Assembly: GCA_964199315.1 (NCBI GenBank)
Contig: OZ116711.1
Span: 21,390,001 to 21,454,000, forward strand
Length of the DNA: 64,000 nucleotides
Reading direction: 5' to 3'
Source of the DNA: Orbicella franksi
Lineage: Eukaryota
Below, piece by piece: positions 61,761 through 64,000 of this stretch. The number at the start of each line of letters is the position of its first letter. Position 1 is the stretch's first letter. The translations under genes and the position numbers were made by a program. The notes below the pieces were generated by a model, which worked only from the letters and a program-made list of their open reading frames with translations, was not told the origin of the DNA and did no database searches.

Positions 61761-62374
61761 AGTTCCCCACAATAACGGTATGAAATGAAGTGGCTACGCG
61801 ATGTGGGTAACACGAAATGTAAGACTGTCTTCAGTCTTTTAATAAGTCTCTTTTCCAGGAACCACACTGAACGCATCGAGACAGGACAGACAAAATAACG
61901 AACCACCTTGAGCAACCCGGCCTGGCTGGATGATTTTACCTCTGTAACGAATGTCGACAACGTTTATTTGGAGCGAGTGGTTTCTGCAGACACTAAAAAT
62001 ACTTTCTAAAGTATATAACGTCCACAGCTATTTGAGGGACAAGAGCTCGTAAACGGAACTCTCCCATGTACAAAACGAGAAAGCTTCAAGTGTAAGGATA
62101 GCCACAATAAGAAAGATGGTTTTTCTTTTTGGCTTCTTCTTAACGCTACAAAAGCGAGGATCAGTCTCCACAAGTGATTATCAACGCGTTTTGCAATCAC
62201 TAGAAAGTACGACATAAATACAATTACCACTGACACACACATACAACTAAAATAAATAGACGCGAACATGTACAGTGTTCTTTGAATTTGGGTTAAAAAG
62301 AAGAGAAGTAAATTTTTGTACAAAAAAATTGTTAAAAAAAAAAAGAGACGAGAAGAGGACGACGAAGATGCAGT

Positions 62375-63200
62375 TCATTCTGTGATGATGAGTTCATCTA
62401 TAGCCCAGTCTTCGTGGCTCCCATCTGGAAGATATCGGCGGATAATGATCGGAATTTTTCTTGCTCTGAAAAAAAGAATTAAAAAATGATATTTTTATGT
62501 CCTACTTGTTTAACATACATATGGGTTTTGCGGGATGCAGGATGAAAGTAAAAATGGAGGCGCGATGCAGGATGATAGAAATTTCAATGGTGGGATGCGG
62601 GATAAAAATATTTTGGCGGGAGCTGGATTTGCTCATTTTAAAAGACGGGATGTGGGATAGTTTTAAAATTGACAGTGGGATACAGGATGAAAAACAAGAT
62701 CACACGTCACGGATGTTTTTTTTTTTTAATGCGGAAAACTGTAACTTTAACCAGGTGGGATCATGAGAAACATTCTTGAGTGGGGCAGGATAGAGGGATT
62801 GAGCCAAAACTCTTGGCGGGACTGGGGATCGAAAGTACCTTTGTTGGATCCCTATTGTACAATTCCGTCATTTCAGCAGTTAGTTTCAAGTTAGAGAAGA
62901 CTGCTGAACAAAAAGCGCAAAAAAACCAAGGAAACTAAGTAACTACACACTTCTGCATGAACAGATGTGTCTAAACTCACAAAGTCAAGGAGCAACACAT
63001 TTGGAGACACTGAAGTTGCAGCACTACTTTTTGTCACCATAATCTCAGTGGTGTTCTTTTCTAGTGCCCATGACTTACATAACTAATCTTTGTACACACA
63101 TCAATTTGTGCGTTGGTTTTTGACTTACTTGAGTTCTTTCATAGCTATCTGTAAAGGATCTGTTTGACCTTCAAGTTCCACCATCACAGGAGCTCCCATA
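62375..63200 (-). CDS. POLR2F: DNA-directed RNA polymerases I, II and III subunit RPABC2 (RPB6), last two exons
   Basis: Minus-strand exon 63200-63129 ([25 protein letters not shown]; CAG acceptor, GTAAGT donor) and exon 62465-62375 ([29 protein letters not shown]). This is the unmistakable RPB6 C-terminus; upstream exons lie beyond the window. Confidence 0.96.
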
Positions 63201-64000
63201 CTGTGAATGTTAAAACAACAGAGGTGAGAGTTGTACCTGTTGCATGTATGAGGAGAAGATGTCTTTTCATTCAAGTAAACGCGAAATAAATCCAGGAAAT
63301 AAATGAGAGGATTCAATAGTGCGAAGCAACAAAAATGTTGCTACTCTCTCCGGGATGGGTTGCTTGTGAGTTTCATCCCTTCTGGACAGGATACTCTTGA
63401 CATTTTGACAGGTCGCTCAAGTTTACACTCTAAGGTGGTGAGAATAAAGTTTCTAACCCAAGAACACAACACAATGATCCTGGCCAGAGCTTGAACATAG
63501 ACTGCTCAAGCTGAGACTACATACTCAGGGTGGCTTCCCTATATGGACTATATAGCTAGGTACAGTGTCTGTGCAGTCCAACAGGGATAGTACATGAGCA
63601 ATTTTGGTCTGAAAAAGGTATAGGCGAATCTTTGCTGACGTCATTGTTTACATTTTTCCTCATTAACATATGACTTTGTGCACAGAAGGCATCATGCTAG
63701 ACATGATTTTACTAGAAAAACGTAAAGAGCTTGTGAAACTTAGTAAGTGGTGAAATTTTTGGCCCTTTGGGTGTAATATTCGAGGAGAAAATGGCTTTCA
63801 AAAACATCAAAATTTCTGTGTGGCAAAAGCGCTAATGAGCTTACACATTCTTTGCAAAATTTTGAGCTTTTAAACCCTCGTTGCACAAAAAGTATTCAAT
63901 ACATTGCGCTCAAATTCCTTGGGAAACTTAATCATGCTGTGCACTTTCAATATTCAGTATTAATCTCTTTGTAGCTCCATCAGAAACTGTATCACTTATG

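Noticed and set aside
61096-61960. Minus-strand ORFs 61096-61431 and 61670-61960 flanking a MITE, possibly one interrupted gene
   Set aside because: No recognisable domain, frames do not rejoin cleanly, and part overlaps the probable POLR2F 3' region.

Overview
Eukaryotic, AT-rich, intron- and transposon-rich genomic DNA; the repeat families and gene style suggest a cnidarian, probably a stony coral (inference). The window is dominated by a tandem array of three canonical-type Patched (Hedgehog receptor, RND/sterol-sensing-domain) genes on the + strand. Gene A is present as its 3' half (<1-6531). Gene B is complete (10621-28822, 24 coding exons, 1213 aa). Gene C has 24 exons in one open frame (38310-59630), but I could not find its first exon. 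The last two exons of POLR2F/RPB6 follow on the - strand. Manual splicing shows the paralogs are not equivalent. Gene C has lost the TM4 GxxxDD transporter motif (LGLGVDD to LSLGVND) and has a 10-aa deletion in the sterol-sensing domain, yet keeps its frame. It also looks like a chimera: A-like up to ~50468, B-like after it. B and C share a precise intron loss and a truncated C-tail. A and B share an anomalous 83-nt identical tract in the TM9-TM10 exon. Introns and spacers hold PIF/Harbinger-like MITEs, tRNA-derived SINEs, a nested CR1/L2-type LINE, a Kolobok-like element, palindromic elements with a shared loop motif, and a relic of a herpes-tegument-type protease domain.
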